A stretch of DNA of 32,000 nucleotides from Pseudomonas aeruginosa (GTDB taxonomy: Bacteria; Pseudomonadota; Gammaproteobacteria; Pseudomonadales; Pseudomonadaceae), in NCBI RefSeq assembly GCF_001457615.1, contig NZ_LN831024.1:2040001-2072000 (forward strand). Reading direction: 5' to 3'. How positions within the stretch are numbered: position 1 is the stretch's first letter; every line of letters starts with the position of its first letter. The translations under genes and the position numbers were made by a program. Under the pieces are notes generated by a model, which was not told the DNA's origin, did no database searches, and saw only the letters and a list, made by a program, of their open reading frames with translations. Below are positions 19,128-27,549 of the stretch, piece after piece.

Positions 19128-20647
19128 CCGAACACACCGCTCCGACGGCGCCCGTCGCCGATGTCTGCCTGCTGCTGGAGGGCACCTGGCCCTATGTCCG
19201 CGGCGGCGTCTCCAGCTGGGTCAACCAGTTGATCCTCGGTCTCCCCGACCTGACCTTCTCGGTGTTCTTCATCGGCGGCCAGAAGGATGCCTACGGCAAG
19301 CGCCACTACCCGATCCCGGACAATGTGCTGCACATCGAGGAACACTTCCTGGAAACCGCCTGGAGTTCGCCGAACCCGCAGACGCGACAGGGCAGTAGCG
19401 AGACCGAAAAGGCGTTGCGCGATCTGCACCGTTTCTTCCACTACCCGGAGACGCCGGACGTGGAGGAGGGCGACGCGCTGCTCGACCTGCTCGCCGAGGG
19501 CCGCATCGGCCGCGAGGACTTTCTCCACAGCAAGGCCAGTTGGGAGGCGATCACCGCAGGCTACGAGCGCTATTGCACCGATCCGTCCTTCGTCAATTAC
19601 TTCTGGACCCTGCGCTCGATGCAGGCGCCGGTGTTCATGCTCGCCGAGGCGGCCCGGCGGATGCCGCGGGCGCGCATGCTGCACTCGATCTCCACCGGCT
19701 ACGCCGGCCTGCTGGGCTGCATCCTGCAACGTCGCTGGGGCTGCCGCTACCTGCTCAGCGAGCACGGCATCTACACCAAGGAGCGCAAGATCGACCTGGC
19801 CCAGGCCAACTGGATCGCGGAGAACCCCGACGAGCAGCTGAGTACCGGACTGGATGCCGAGGTCAGCTACATCCGTCGCTTGTGGATCCGCTTCTTCGAG
19901 CGTGTCGGCCTGCTCACCTATCGCGCCGCCAATCCGATCGTCGCCCTCTACGAAGGCAACCGCCAGCGCCAGGTACTCGATGGCGCCGAGCCACGGCGCA
20001 CCCGGGTGATCCCCAACGGCATCGACCTCGATGCCTGGGCCGGCGCCCTCGAACGGCGGCCGCCGGGGATTCCGCCGGTGGTCGGGCTGGTCGGCCGGGT
20101 AGTGCCGATCAAGGACGTGAAGACCTTCATCCGCGCCATGCGCGGGGTGGTCAGCGCGATGCCGGAGGCGGAGGGCTGGATCGTCGGTCCGGAGGAGGAA
20201 GACCCGGACTATGCCAGCGAATGCCGCAGCCTGGTGGCCAGCCTCGGCCTGCAGGACAAGGTGAAGTTCCTCGGTTTCCGTCGGATCGGCGAGGTCCTGC
20301 CGCAACTCGGCCTGATGGTCCTCACCTCGATCAGCGAAGCGCAGCCGCTGGTGATCCTCGAAGCCTGGGCTGCCGGCGCCCCGGTGGTGAGCAGCGACGT
20401 CGGCTCCTGCCGCGAACTGATCGAAGGCGCCGACGCCGAAGATCGCGCCCTGGGTCGCGCCGGGGAGGTGGTGGCGATCGCCGACCCGCAGGCCACTTCG
20501 CGGGCGATCCTCGCCCTGCTGCGCAATCCGCAGCGCTGGCAGGCGGCCCAGGCGGTCGGCCTGCAACGGGTCGAACGCTACTACACCGAGGCGCTGATGC
20601 TCGGACGTTACCGCGGGCTGTACCGCGAAGCCACGGAGATTGCATGA
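19124..20647 (+). CDS. pelF: PelF, GT4-family glycosyltransferase
   Basis: 507 aa ORF; DVCLLLEGTWPYVRGGVSSWVNQLI, RVIPNGIDLDAW, VGLVGRVVPIKDVKTFIRAM, TSISEAQPLVILEAWAAGAPVVSSDVGSCRELIEG. Confidence 0.96.
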   Translation: MTEHTAPTAPVADVCLLLEGTWPYVRGGVSSWVNQLILGLPDLTFSVFFIGGQKDAYGKRHYPIPDNVLHIEEHFLETAWSSPNPQTRQGSSETEKALRDLHRFFHYPETPDVEEGDALLDLLAEGRIGREDFLHSKASWEAITAGYERYCTDPSFVNYFWTLRSMQAPVFMLAEAARRMPRARMLHSISTGYAGLLGCILQRRWGCRYLLSEHGIYTKERKIDLAQANWIAENPDEQLSTGLDAEVSYIRRLWIRFFERVGLLTYRAANPIVALYEGNRQRQVLDGAEPRRTRVIPNGIDLDAWAGALERRPPGIPPVVGLVGRVVPIKDVKTFIRAMRGVVSAMPEAEGWIVGPEEEDPDYASECRSLVASLGLQDKVKFLGFRRIGEVLPQLGLMVLTSISEAQPLVILEAWAAGAPVVSSDVGSCRELIEGADAEDRALGRAGEVVAIADPQATSRAILALLRNPQRWQAAQAVGLQRVERYYTEALMLGRYRGLYREATEIA

Positions 20648-20648
20648 C

Positions 20649-22019
20649 ATGGCCGGCATCGGCTTCGAACTGCGGAAGATCCTTTCCCGCGATTCCTATA
20701 CGGCGACCCTGCGCGCCTACCTCTACGCCGGGCTGATCAGCTCCGGTCCCTGGGTGCTGTCGATCGTCAGCGTGATGCTGATCGGCGTGCTGAGCCTCGG
20801 CGTGGTGGTGCCGGACGTGCTGGTCCGGCAGTTCCTGATCACGGTGACCTACCTGATGGCGCTGTCGCTGATCTTCACCGGGGGACTGCAACTGTTCTTC
20901 ACCCGCTTCATTTCCGATCGCCTGTTCGAGCGCAAGCACGAGGCGATCCTGCCCAACCTGGTGGGCGTGCTGTTGCTGGTGACGTTGGCGGCGGGCCTGC
21001 TCTCGGCGATATTGCTGGCGACCCTGTTCGATGAGCCGTTCGCCTACCGCCTGCTGGTGATGGCCAACTTCGTGGTGCTCTGCAACCTGTGGCTGGTGAT
21101 CATCTTCCTGTCGGGAATGAAGGCCTACAAACGCATCCTGCTGGTGATGTTCATCGGCTACGCGCTGATGGTCGCCTGTGCCTACCTGCTGCGTTTCATG
21201 CAGATGGACGGCCTGCTGCTGGCATTGCTGATCGGCCACGCCAGCCTGCTGTTCGTCTTCCTCTACGACATCCTCCGCGAGTACCCGGCCAGGCGCATGG
21301 TGGCCTTCGACTTCCTCGACCGCCGGCAGGTCTTCGTCAGCCTGCTGCTGACCGGCCTCTGCTACAACCTGGGGATCTGGATCGACAAGTTCATCTTCTG
21401 GTTCAACCCCTCCACCTCGGACCTGGTGATCGGCCCGCTGCGCGCCTCGATCCTCTACGACCTGCCGATCTTCCTCGCCTACCTGTCGATCATTCCCGGC
21501 ATGGCGGTGTTCCTGGTGCGCATCGAGACCGACTTCGCCGAGTGGTACGAGCGGGTCTACGAGGCGATCCGCGGCGGAGAGACCCTGCAGCATATCGGCC
21601 TGCTCAAGGAGCAGATGATCCTCGCCATCCGCCAGGGCCTGCTGGAAATCTGCAAGGTGCAGGGGCTGGCGGTGGTCCTGCTGTTCCTGCTGGCGCCGCA
21701 ACTGCTCGGCTGGCTGGGAATTTCCCGCTATTACCTGCCGCTGTTCTACATCGACCTGATCGGGGTGAGCATCCAGGTAGTGTTCATGGCCTTGCTCAAC
21801 GTCTTCTTCTACCTGGACAAGCGCCGCATCGTCCTCGAACTCTGCGTGCTGTTCGTGATCGTCAACGGCGCCCTGACCTTCGTCAGCCTGCTGCTCGGGC
21901 CGAGCTTCTTCGGCTACGGCTTCACCCTGTCGCTGCTGGTCTGCGTGCTGGTCGGGCTGTACCGCCTGACCACCGCGCTGGACGACCTGGAGTACGAGAC
22001 CTTCATGCTCAATCGCTGA
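20649..22019 (+). CDS. pelG: PelG, polytopic membrane protein of the Wzx/MATE-like exporter type
   Basis: 456 aa from MAGIGFELRKILSRDSYTATLRAYLYAGLISSGPWVLSIVSVMLIGVLSLG...; many TM segments; the track start at 20640 adds 3 residues. Terminal operon gene. Confidence 0.95.
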   Translation: MAGIGFELRKILSRDSYTATLRAYLYAGLISSGPWVLSIVSVMLIGVLSLGVVVPDVLVRQFLITVTYLMALSLIFTGGLQLFFTRFISDRLFERKHEAILPNLVGVLLLVTLAAGLLSAILLATLFDEPFAYRLLVMANFVVLCNLWLVIIFLSGMKAYKRILLVMFIGYALMVACAYLLRFMQMDGLLLALLIGHASLLFVFLYDILREYPARRMVAFDFLDRRQVFVSLLLTGLCYNLGIWIDKFIFWFNPSTSDLVIGPLRASILYDLPIFLAYLSIIPGMAVFLVRIETDFAEWYERVYEAIRGGETLQHIGLLKEQMILAIRQGLLEICKVQGLAVVLLFLLAPQLLGWLGISRYYLPLFYIDLIGVSIQVVFMALLNVFFYLDKRRIVLELCVLFVIVNGALTFVSLLLGPSFFGYGFTLSLLVCVLVGLYRLTTALDDLEYETFMLNR

Positions 22020-22051
22020 GGGGTTTCGCCGGCGGCAGGGTCTTTCAGAAA

Positions 22052-22087
22052 GGGCCGATTCACCCGGTTGAATCGGCCCCTTTTTTT
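22052..22087 (+). terminator. Strong rho-independent terminator after pelG
   Basis: GGGCCGATTCA-cccggt-TGAATCGGCCC followed by C and TTTTTTT: 11-bp perfect stem plus T-tract. Confidence 0.92.
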
Positions 22088-22290
22088 GCTTCCTCGATGC
22101 GTTTTTGCAGCTTCTGCATATCCACCAGGCGTTGCGTACCGAAGGTTCGCATCGGCAGGTCGCCGCTCTCTATCCAGGCGTAGAGCAGGTCCGGCCGGTC
22201 GCTGAGGCCGGTCAGGAAGGCGAAACGCATCAGGGTTATATAGCGGGGGCACTCGGCGAAACCCTCTTGGGGGAGTTCTTCCACTTTCAT
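22060..22290 (-). CDS. Small Cox/excisionase-like (winged-helix) hypothetical protein
   Basis: 76 aa ORF MKVEELPQEGFAECPRYITLMRFAFLTGLSDRPDLLYAWIESGDLPMRTFGTQRLVDMQKLQKRIEEAKKGADSTG; pattern GLS...WIxxGDLP..xFGxxRLVDMxxLxKRI resembles Cox-like DNA-binding proteins. Stop codon lies inside the pelG terminator stem. Confidence 0.75.
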   Translation of the reverse strand: MKVEELPQEGFAECPRYITLMRFAFLTGLSDRPDLLYAWIESGDLPMRTFGTQRLVDMQKLQKRIEEAKKGADSTG

Positions 22291-22348
22291 CAGGCGTCCT
22301 GCACCATGGTCCGATGTTGGAGGGGAACCCTCGGTCTAGAGGGCTTGG

Positions 22349-22389
22349 ATTCATATTGATCTACTAACAGTTAGTGAATCAATATGCAT
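22349..22389. promoter_or_regulatory. 41-bp near-symmetric nested palindrome upstream of the HTH gene; candidate operator
   Basis: ATTCATATTGAT-ct-ACTAAC-a-GTTAGT-ga-ATCAATATGCAT: 12-bp outer arms (11/12 complementary) and perfect 6-bp inner arms, centred at 22369; AT-rich; 27 bp upstream of the ATG at 22416. Confidence 0.6.
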
Positions 22390-22415
22390 AGGGAACCATC
22401 AGACGCGGACTACAC

Positions 22416-22892
22416 ATGGTAAAGAATCGACGTTTGTTCACTGCTGGCAAGCGCTTGCGCGCCCTGCGCGAGCTGATGGGCTTGAGCCGTCCGCAGTTCG
22501 CCGAGTTGGTGGGGATGACGGCCAAGCGCCTGGAGAACATCGAGAACGAGCTGCAGCGCATGCACGACGAGGACTTCGAGAAGGTCTGCGGAACCTTCCC
22601 GGAGTTCAGCGACTGGATCGCCTATGAAGGCAGCATCGAGCCGCAGTCGATCGCCTGGAAGGTCGCCGACTCGGCGCAGGCGGCCGCGGTCTACCTGGTG
22701 GAGCGCAACCCGGTGCTGCTTGAGCAGCACGGCATCGACATGCAGGCCTGGCGCGAACGCCACCGCGAGATACGCGAGGCGCTGCTGGCGGCGGAACAGG
22801 CGCCGGAGGCGGAGCCGGCGCCCCTGGAAGAGCCGCCGGAACCCAGGCGCCAGCGGAAGAGGAAAACGCCCGCGAGCGGCAAGGGCGACTGA
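22416..22892 (+). CDS. HTH (XRE-like) DNA-binding hypothetical protein, paralogue 1
   Basis: 158 aa; GKRLRALRELMGLSRPQFAELVGMTAKRLENIENELQRM is a typical XRE-type HTH; basic/proline-rich C-terminal tail. Confidence 0.85.
   Translation: MVKNRRLFTAGKRLRALRELMGLSRPQFAELVGMTAKRLENIENELQRMHDEDFEKVCGTFPEFSDWIAYEGSIEPQSIAWKVADSAQAAAVYLVERNPVLLEQHGIDMQAWRERHREIREALLAAEQAPEAEPAPLEEPPEPRRQRKRKTPASGKGD
22553..22661 (+). repeat. Copy 1 of a 109-bp near-identical coding repeat within the paralogous HTH genes
   Basis: 107/109 bases identical by eye to 23076..23184; encodes QRMHDEDFEKVCGTFPEFSDWIAYEGSIEPQSIAWK in both genes. Confidence 0.93.
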
Positions 22893-22929
22893 GGCGCATC
22901 GCGCCAGAAACGAAGGGAAGTATCCGTAC

Positions 22930-23406
22930 ATGGTCTATGTAGTGAGGAAGCGCTGCCTGTTTCGCGCCGGCGAGCGCCTGTTCGGGTTGCGCGGGCTGAC
23001 GGGGTTGAACCGACCGCAGTTTTCCGAGGTGGTCGGCATGGATCCCAAACGCCTTGAGAACATCGAGAGTGGCCGGCAGCGCATGCACGACGAGGACTTC
23101 GAGAAGGTCTGCGGGACCTTCCCGGAGTTCAGCGACTGGATCGCCTATGAAGGCAGCATCGAACCGCAGTCGATCGCCTGGAAGATCGCCGAGGCCGCCC
23201 AGGAAGCGGCGGTCTATCTGGTGGAGCGCAACCCCGAGCTGCTCGAACTCCACGGTCTCGACGTGCCGGCCTGGCGCGAGAAGCATCGGGAAATCCTCAA
23301 GAAGGTGCGCAAGCGGGAGTTGTCGCCGCCACCCGAAAAACCACCGAAACCCAGGCGCAAGCGCAAGCCGAGAAGCAACCTGCCCACACCCACCGACGGT
23401 ACCTGA
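22930..23406 (+). CDS. HTH (XRE-like) DNA-binding hypothetical protein, paralogue 2
   Basis: 158 aa from MVYVVRKRCLFRAGERLFGLRGLTGLNRPQFSEVVGMDPKRLENIESGRQRMHDEDFEKVCG...; same length as paralogue 1, 37 bp downstream. The ORF-track start at 22624 is over-extended. Confidence 0.83.
   Translation: MVYVVRKRCLFRAGERLFGLRGLTGLNRPQFSEVVGMDPKRLENIESGRQRMHDEDFEKVCGTFPEFSDWIAYEGSIEPQSIAWKIAEAAQEAAVYLVERNPELLELHGLDVPAWREKHREILKKVRKRELSPPPEKPPKPRRKRKPRSNLPTPTDGT
23076..23184 (+). repeat. Copy 2 of the 109-bp near-identical coding repeat
   Basis: Differs from 22553..22661 at two synonymous positions; the encoded 36 residues are identical. Confidence 0.93.
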
Positions 23407-23427
23407 GACCGGCTCCCTCTCCCCAGC

Positions 23428-23449
23428 CCTCTCCCGCAAGCGGGAGAGG
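23428..23449. repeat. Perfect hairpin, possible terminator or REP-like element
   Basis: CCTCTCCCGC-aa-GCGGGAGAGG, 10-bp perfect stem, between convergent genes. Confidence 0.65.
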
Positions 23450-23477
23450 CAACGGGGCTCCCGAAGCCCAGCGGTAG

Positions 23478-23504
23478 GGTGGATAACGCGCAGCGTTATC
23501 CGCC
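23478..23504. repeat. REP-like palindrome
   Basis: GGT-GGATAACGC-gca-GCGTTATCC-GCC: perfect 9-bp stem extendable to 12 pairs with one wobble; resembles interspersed GGATAACGC...GCGTTATCC repeats in pseudomonads. Confidence 0.6.
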
Positions 23505-23522
23505 GTCAGCCCCAGGTGGGCC

Positions 23523-25427
23523 TCAGAACACCACTCCTACCGGATAGACGAAGGCGTTCACGTCGTAGAACGGCGTGCGCTGGTAGAACCATTGCAGGCG
23601 CGCCTGCGGATCGGCGGCGAAGGCCTTGTCCTCGCGCAGGCGTTTGTCGAAGGCGGCCTTCAGCGCCGGGTCTTCCGCCAGCATCTTGCGCGCCATCGGC
23701 TCCATCACGTATTCCTCCGGCTCCTCGGCGGCCACCAGGGTGGAATTGAAGAAGCCCCAGGACCAGAAGGAATCCGGACTCTGCGGTTGCAGCAGGTCGA
23801 TGGCCAGGACGCCCAGCGGCTGGGCGGTGTCGATCGACAGCGAGCCGGCCGGGAAGGTCTGCAGGCGCTGGAACGGCTTCGGCGTGCCGCTGACCAGCAG
23901 GCGACCTTCGTAGCCCGGAATCCGGTTGCCTTGCACGCGATCCGGTTCGAAGCCATCGGCGAGCTTGATGTCGTCCATGCGGTACAGGGTCACGGCGATT
24001 TCGGTCGGACGCTCCAGGGTGCTATAGCGGATGCCATGGGCCTTGATCCGGGCGATCACCTCGTGCCACTGCGCCGGGACGATGAAACGCTGGGGACGCG
24101 GCACCACCAGGTCGGGTACGCCGTTGTCGGTCACCGGTAGCTTCAGCGTCTTCGGCCGGTTGCTCCAGACGATGGTGCGGGCCCCGGTGACCGGCGATTG
24201 CTCGTAGCGGTAGTCGCCGACCACGAACGGCGTCTCGGCGGCCTCGCCTGGCTTCCAGGTGAGGATCACCTCCTTCTGCCGCAGCAGGCGCTCGCGGTCG
24301 CTGGCGATGGCCTGGCGCAGGCTGGCGGCCTGCTCGCCGATCACCTCGAACATCGCCTTGAGCATCACGTAGTTGCCCAGCACCTGGGTCTTGTACGGAT
24401 GCAGGGCGTGTTGCTCGATGAGGATCGACGGCACGTTGCGGATGTCGCCGTACTGGTTGGAGAAGCGCGCCAGGTCGGTGCGGTAGGGGTAGTAGCCCTG
24501 GGTCGGATCCTGGTTGTCGTTCAGGCTGATGCATTCATGGACCATGTGCCCGAGGCTTTCCAGCGCCTGGTACACCGGCTTGCGCATGACCTGGTCCATC
24601 CAGGCGCTGCTCGCCGGTGACCAGCCGTTGCCGTTGTGGCAGTAGGAGCTGTCGTAGGGATACATGGCGCCGTCGGTGGAGTGGGTGTCGGCGAAGAAGC
24701 TCAGCTCGTAGTGGTTGAACACCCAGGCGACGTTGCGGATCTCCGCGCTGTCGAGCTTGGTGAAGTCGCGGTTGAGATTGAGATTGCGGCCGTTCACCCG
24801 CCAGCCGGTCTCCTGCGGGCCGTTCTGGTTGATCCGCCCGTAGGCGCTGCGGCGCAGGTCGCCGTCGACGTTGACCACCGGGATGAACAGCAGGTTGATC
24901 TTCTCCAGCAGCCCGGCGAGCGGGCGGTCGGCAGCGCTCATGTCGCGCAGCAGCATGAACATGGCGTCCTTGCCGTTGGCCTCGCCGGGATGGATCTCGG
25001 CTTCCACCAGCAAGGTCGGCTTGGCGGAGCGCTTCAGGCCGGCGGCGGACTTGTCGGCCTCGGTGGAGGCGGTCACCAGCAGCATCGGGTGACCCTCGGC
25101 GCTGCGCTCGGGCAACTCGCGCAGGGCGATGCGGCCGGAGGAGGCGGCTACCAGTTTCTCCAGGTAGGCGCGGGTCTCACGGTAGTCGCTGGTGCGCTGA
25201 AAGTCGCTGCTCTCGGCCTGGGTGATCAAGGGGTCGCCGGGCTTGGCGAGGTAGCGCAGGCTGCCCAGCCTCTGCTCGAACATCGGTGGCAGGATGCGCT
25301 GGCGGGCCGCGGCCGGGTAGGCGCTGTCATCGATGTAGGCGGGCGCGTGGGGCAGCTCCGCGTGAGCGGGCAGGGCGCTCGCCAGCAGGACGCCGGCGAG
25401 TAGCGAACGGGGTAGGCAAGGGAACAC
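23523..25427 (-). CDS. M14-family zinc carboxypeptidase-like protein, secreted
   Basis: 634 aa from a GTG start with a GGAGG SD; signal peptide VFPCLPRSLLAGVLLASALPAHA; EAEIHPGEANGKDAMFMLLRD zinc-binding-like segment; VNVDGDLRRSAYGRINQNG...NLNLNRDF. Confidence 0.87.
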   Translation of the reverse strand: MFPCLPRSLLAGVLLASALPAHAELPHAPAYIDDSAYPAAARQRILPPMFEQRLGSLRYLAKPGDPLITQAESSDFQRTSDYRETRAYLEKLVAASSGRIALRELPERSAEGHPMLLVTASTEADKSAAGLKRSAKPTLLVEAEIHPGEANGKDAMFMLLRDMSAADRPLAGLLEKINLLFIPVVNVDGDLRRSAYGRINQNGPQETGWRVNGRNLNLNRDFTKLDSAEIRNVAWVFNHYELSFFADTHSTDGAMYPYDSSYCHNGNGWSPASSAWMDQVMRKPVYQALESLGHMVHECISLNDNQDPTQGYYPYRTDLARFSNQYGDIRNVPSILIEQHALHPYKTQVLGNYVMLKAMFEVIGEQAASLRQAIASDRERLLRQKEVILTWKPGEAAETPFVVGDYRYEQSPVTGARTIVWSNRPKTLKLPVTDNGVPDLVVPRPQRFIVPAQWHEVIARIKAHGIRYSTLERPTEIAVTLYRMDDIKLADGFEPDRVQGNRIPGYEGRLLVSGTPKPFQRLQTFPAGSLSIDTAQPLGVLAIDLLQPQSPDSFWSWGFFNSTLVAAEEPEEYVMEPMARKMLAEDPALKAAFDKRLREDKAFAADPQARLQWFYQRTPFYDVNAFVYPVGVVF

Positions 25428-25594
25428 GATGAACCTCCATGTGGATGGGAACGGCCGCGGCGTGGGCGGGCCTGCGCGACGCGAGCCACGCGTCGTCGCG
25501 CAGCCAGTGCAGTGAAACGCCGGCGGCAGGCATCGGTGTTGACGCCGGGCAAGGCGCGGCGAAGCCGATGGCGAGAGCGCCGCCGGTGGATGGT

Positions 25595-26596
25595 TCAGGG
25601 CTGGGTTTGCAGACCCTCCAGCAGTGCCTGGTGGAAGCGTTCCGGAGCCTGTATCTGCGGGGTATGGCCAAGGTCGGGGAATTCCACCAGGGTCGCCTGG
25701 GGAATCCGTCGGGCGGCGTCCTTGCCCAGTTGCGCGTAGTTGCCCAGCCTGGCTTTCAGTTCCGCCGGCGCGGCGTCCTTGCCGATGGCGGTGTTGTCTT
25801 TCTCGCCGATCAGCAGCAGGGTCGGCATCTGCAACCGGTCCAGTTCGTAGACCACCGGCTGGGTGAAGATCATGTCGTAGGTCAGCGCCGAGTTCCAGGC
25901 CACCGACTCGCGCCCCTTGCCGCGATACATGCCGGCCTGCATCTGTACCCAGCGATCGAACTCGGGGCGCCATTCGCCGGCGTAGTAGGTGGCTTGCTGG
26001 TATTGGCGAATGCCTTCGGCGCTGGTCTGCAAGTCGCGCCTGTACCAGTCGTCGACGCTGCGCCAGGGCACGCCCAGGGCCTTCCAGTCCTCCAGACCGA
26101 TGGGGTTGACCAGCACCAGTCGTTCGACCTGCCGCGGATAGAGCAGGGCGTAGCGGGTAGCGAGCATGCCGCCCATGGAGTGGCCGATCACGCTGGCCCG
26201 GGCGACGCCGAGCCGTTCCAGCAGGGCGTGGGTGTTGGCTGCCAGTTGCTGGAAGCTGTACTGGTAATGGGCCGGCTTGCTCGACTTGCAGAAACCGACC
26301 TGGTCGACGGCGATCACCCGGTAGCCGGCGTCGGCGAGCACGTCGATGGTGCGCTCCCAGGTCCCGGCGCAGAAATTCTTGCCGTGCATGAGCAGGATGG
26401 TGCGGCCGTTGGCTTTCTTCGGCGCGACGTCGAGGTAGGCCATGCTCAGCGGCTGGCCCTGGGAGGTGAAGTCCAGATAATGCACCGGATAGGCGTAGTC
26501 GAAGCCTTCCAGGCGTTCGCCGTAGACCGGCGCCTGGCTGGCCAGCGCCGGCCCGCAGGCGAGGGCGAGACAGAGGCTGAGGCGGGGTAGGGACAT
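25595..26596 (-). CDS. Alpha/beta hydrolase, exported
   Basis: 333 aa from MSLPRLSLCLALACGPALASQAPV; RTILLMHGKNFCAGTWE, nucleophile elbow GHSMGG, catalytic-type DLGHTPQIQAPERF. Confidence 0.93.
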   Translation of the reverse strand: MSLPRLSLCLALACGPALASQAPVYGERLEGFDYAYPVHYLDFTSQGQPLSMAYLDVAPKKANGRTILLMHGKNFCAGTWERTIDVLADAGYRVIAVDQVGFCKSSKPAHYQYSFQQLAANTHALLERLGVARASVIGHSMGGMLATRYALLYPRQVERLVLVNPIGLEDWKALGVPWRSVDDWYRRDLQTSAEGIRQYQQATYYAGEWRPEFDRWVQMQAGMYRGKGRESVAWNSALTYDMIFTQPVVYELDRLQMPTLLLIGEKDNTAIGKDAAPAELKARLGNYAQLGKDAARRIPQATLVEFPDLGHTPQIQAPERFHQALLEGLQTQP

Positions 26597-26667
26597 GCGA
26601 TCGCTCCTGTGTGGGTCTGCTGGAGGATGCACGTCAGGGCGCGAGCTGGCCAGTCCTGGCCGGTTGC

Positions 26668-27549
26668 CTACAGTTGCTTCAGATACTTCACCACGTCTGC
26701 CGCGCCAGCCGCCCGCAGACCTTCGCCGAGGGCATCGGCGCGTTCGTCGTTGCGGGGCAGCAACAGGCACTCCGGGGTTTCCGGGGTGAACAGGGCGAGT
26801 CGCGCATAGGGCAGGCCGGTATCCAGCAGCAGGCTCATGAAGGTCGGCTCGGACCAGGCCTGGGTCGGAATCCGCAGCATGTGGTAGCGCTGTTCCAGTT
26901 CGTCCAGCGCGCCGGGCTCCAGTTCGTAGCGTTCCAGGTGTGCCGGCAGCTTCAGTTCCAGTTCGCGGCGGCGGGCGTAGACGATCGCCGCGGCGAAGGC
27001 GCAGGCCTGACGTTCGCCCGCCCAGAACAGGCGCTCGCCGTGCCAGGCGGCCTGGCGCAGGCGGATGCTGTCGCCGTTGGTGAAACGCGGCAGGGCCAGG
27101 CTCAGGGCCTTGACGAAATCCTTGTAGCTGATGATCCGTACGCCCCGGCAGACCTCGGCCGTGGCCAGGTCTTCCAGGCGTGGGCAAGGTGCCTGGACGA
27201 GGATCTCGCGGCTGCATACGCCTTCGATGGTCTTCAGGTCGACCGACTCCAGGGTGGAGTGGCTGACCCGCACCAGGCGCTTGAGGACCGCGTGGGCTTC
27301 CGCCTTGTCTTCCTGGACCGGGCCGGACAGCGCGCCGCGCGGCAGGTCGACCAGGGTGTGCAGGGGCGGTCCGGCCTGCCACCAGACGCTCGGCTCCGGC
27401 CGTCGCAATGGCTGGAACGGCAGCTCGAGGGCGGCCGCCCGTTCGCGCAGCTCCCGGCCATCGCTTCGCGCGGCACCCAGGCGCAGGCGGTTGGCGAGTG
27501 CGGAAAGGCGACCGGTGAAGGTGCTGTTGCTACGCGAGTTGGAACTCAT
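26668..27549 (-). CDS. Conserved hypothetical protein
   Basis: 293 aa from [22 protein letters not shown] with a GGAGG SD just upstream; the ORF track allows an N-terminal extension to 27648. No confident domain recognised by eye. Confidence 0.75.
   Translation of the reverse strand: MSSNSRSNSTFTGRLSALANRLRLGAARSDGRELRERAAALELPFQPLRRPEPSVWWQAGPPLHTLVDLPRGALSGPVQEDKAEAHAVLKRLVRVSHSTLESVDLKTIEGVCSREILVQAPCPRLEDLATAEVCRGVRIISYKDFVKALSLALPRFTNGDSIRLRQAAWHGERLFWAGERQACAFAAAIVYARRRELELKLPAHLERYELEPGALDELEQRYHMLRIPTQAWSEPTFMSLLLDTGLPYARLALFTPETPECLLLPRNDERADALGEGLRAAGAADVVKYLKQL

Noticed and set aside
22553-23184. Direct repeat pair considered as a possible mobile element or CRISPR-like repeat
   Set aside because: The repeats are in-frame parts of two homologous proteins, 523 bp apart, only two copies and no spacers; explained by gene duplication.
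23553-24620. Multiple plus- and minus-strand ORFs overlapping the carboxypeptidase gene
   Set aside because: Frame-shadow ORFs of a well-supported minus-strand coding gene, low-complexity composition.
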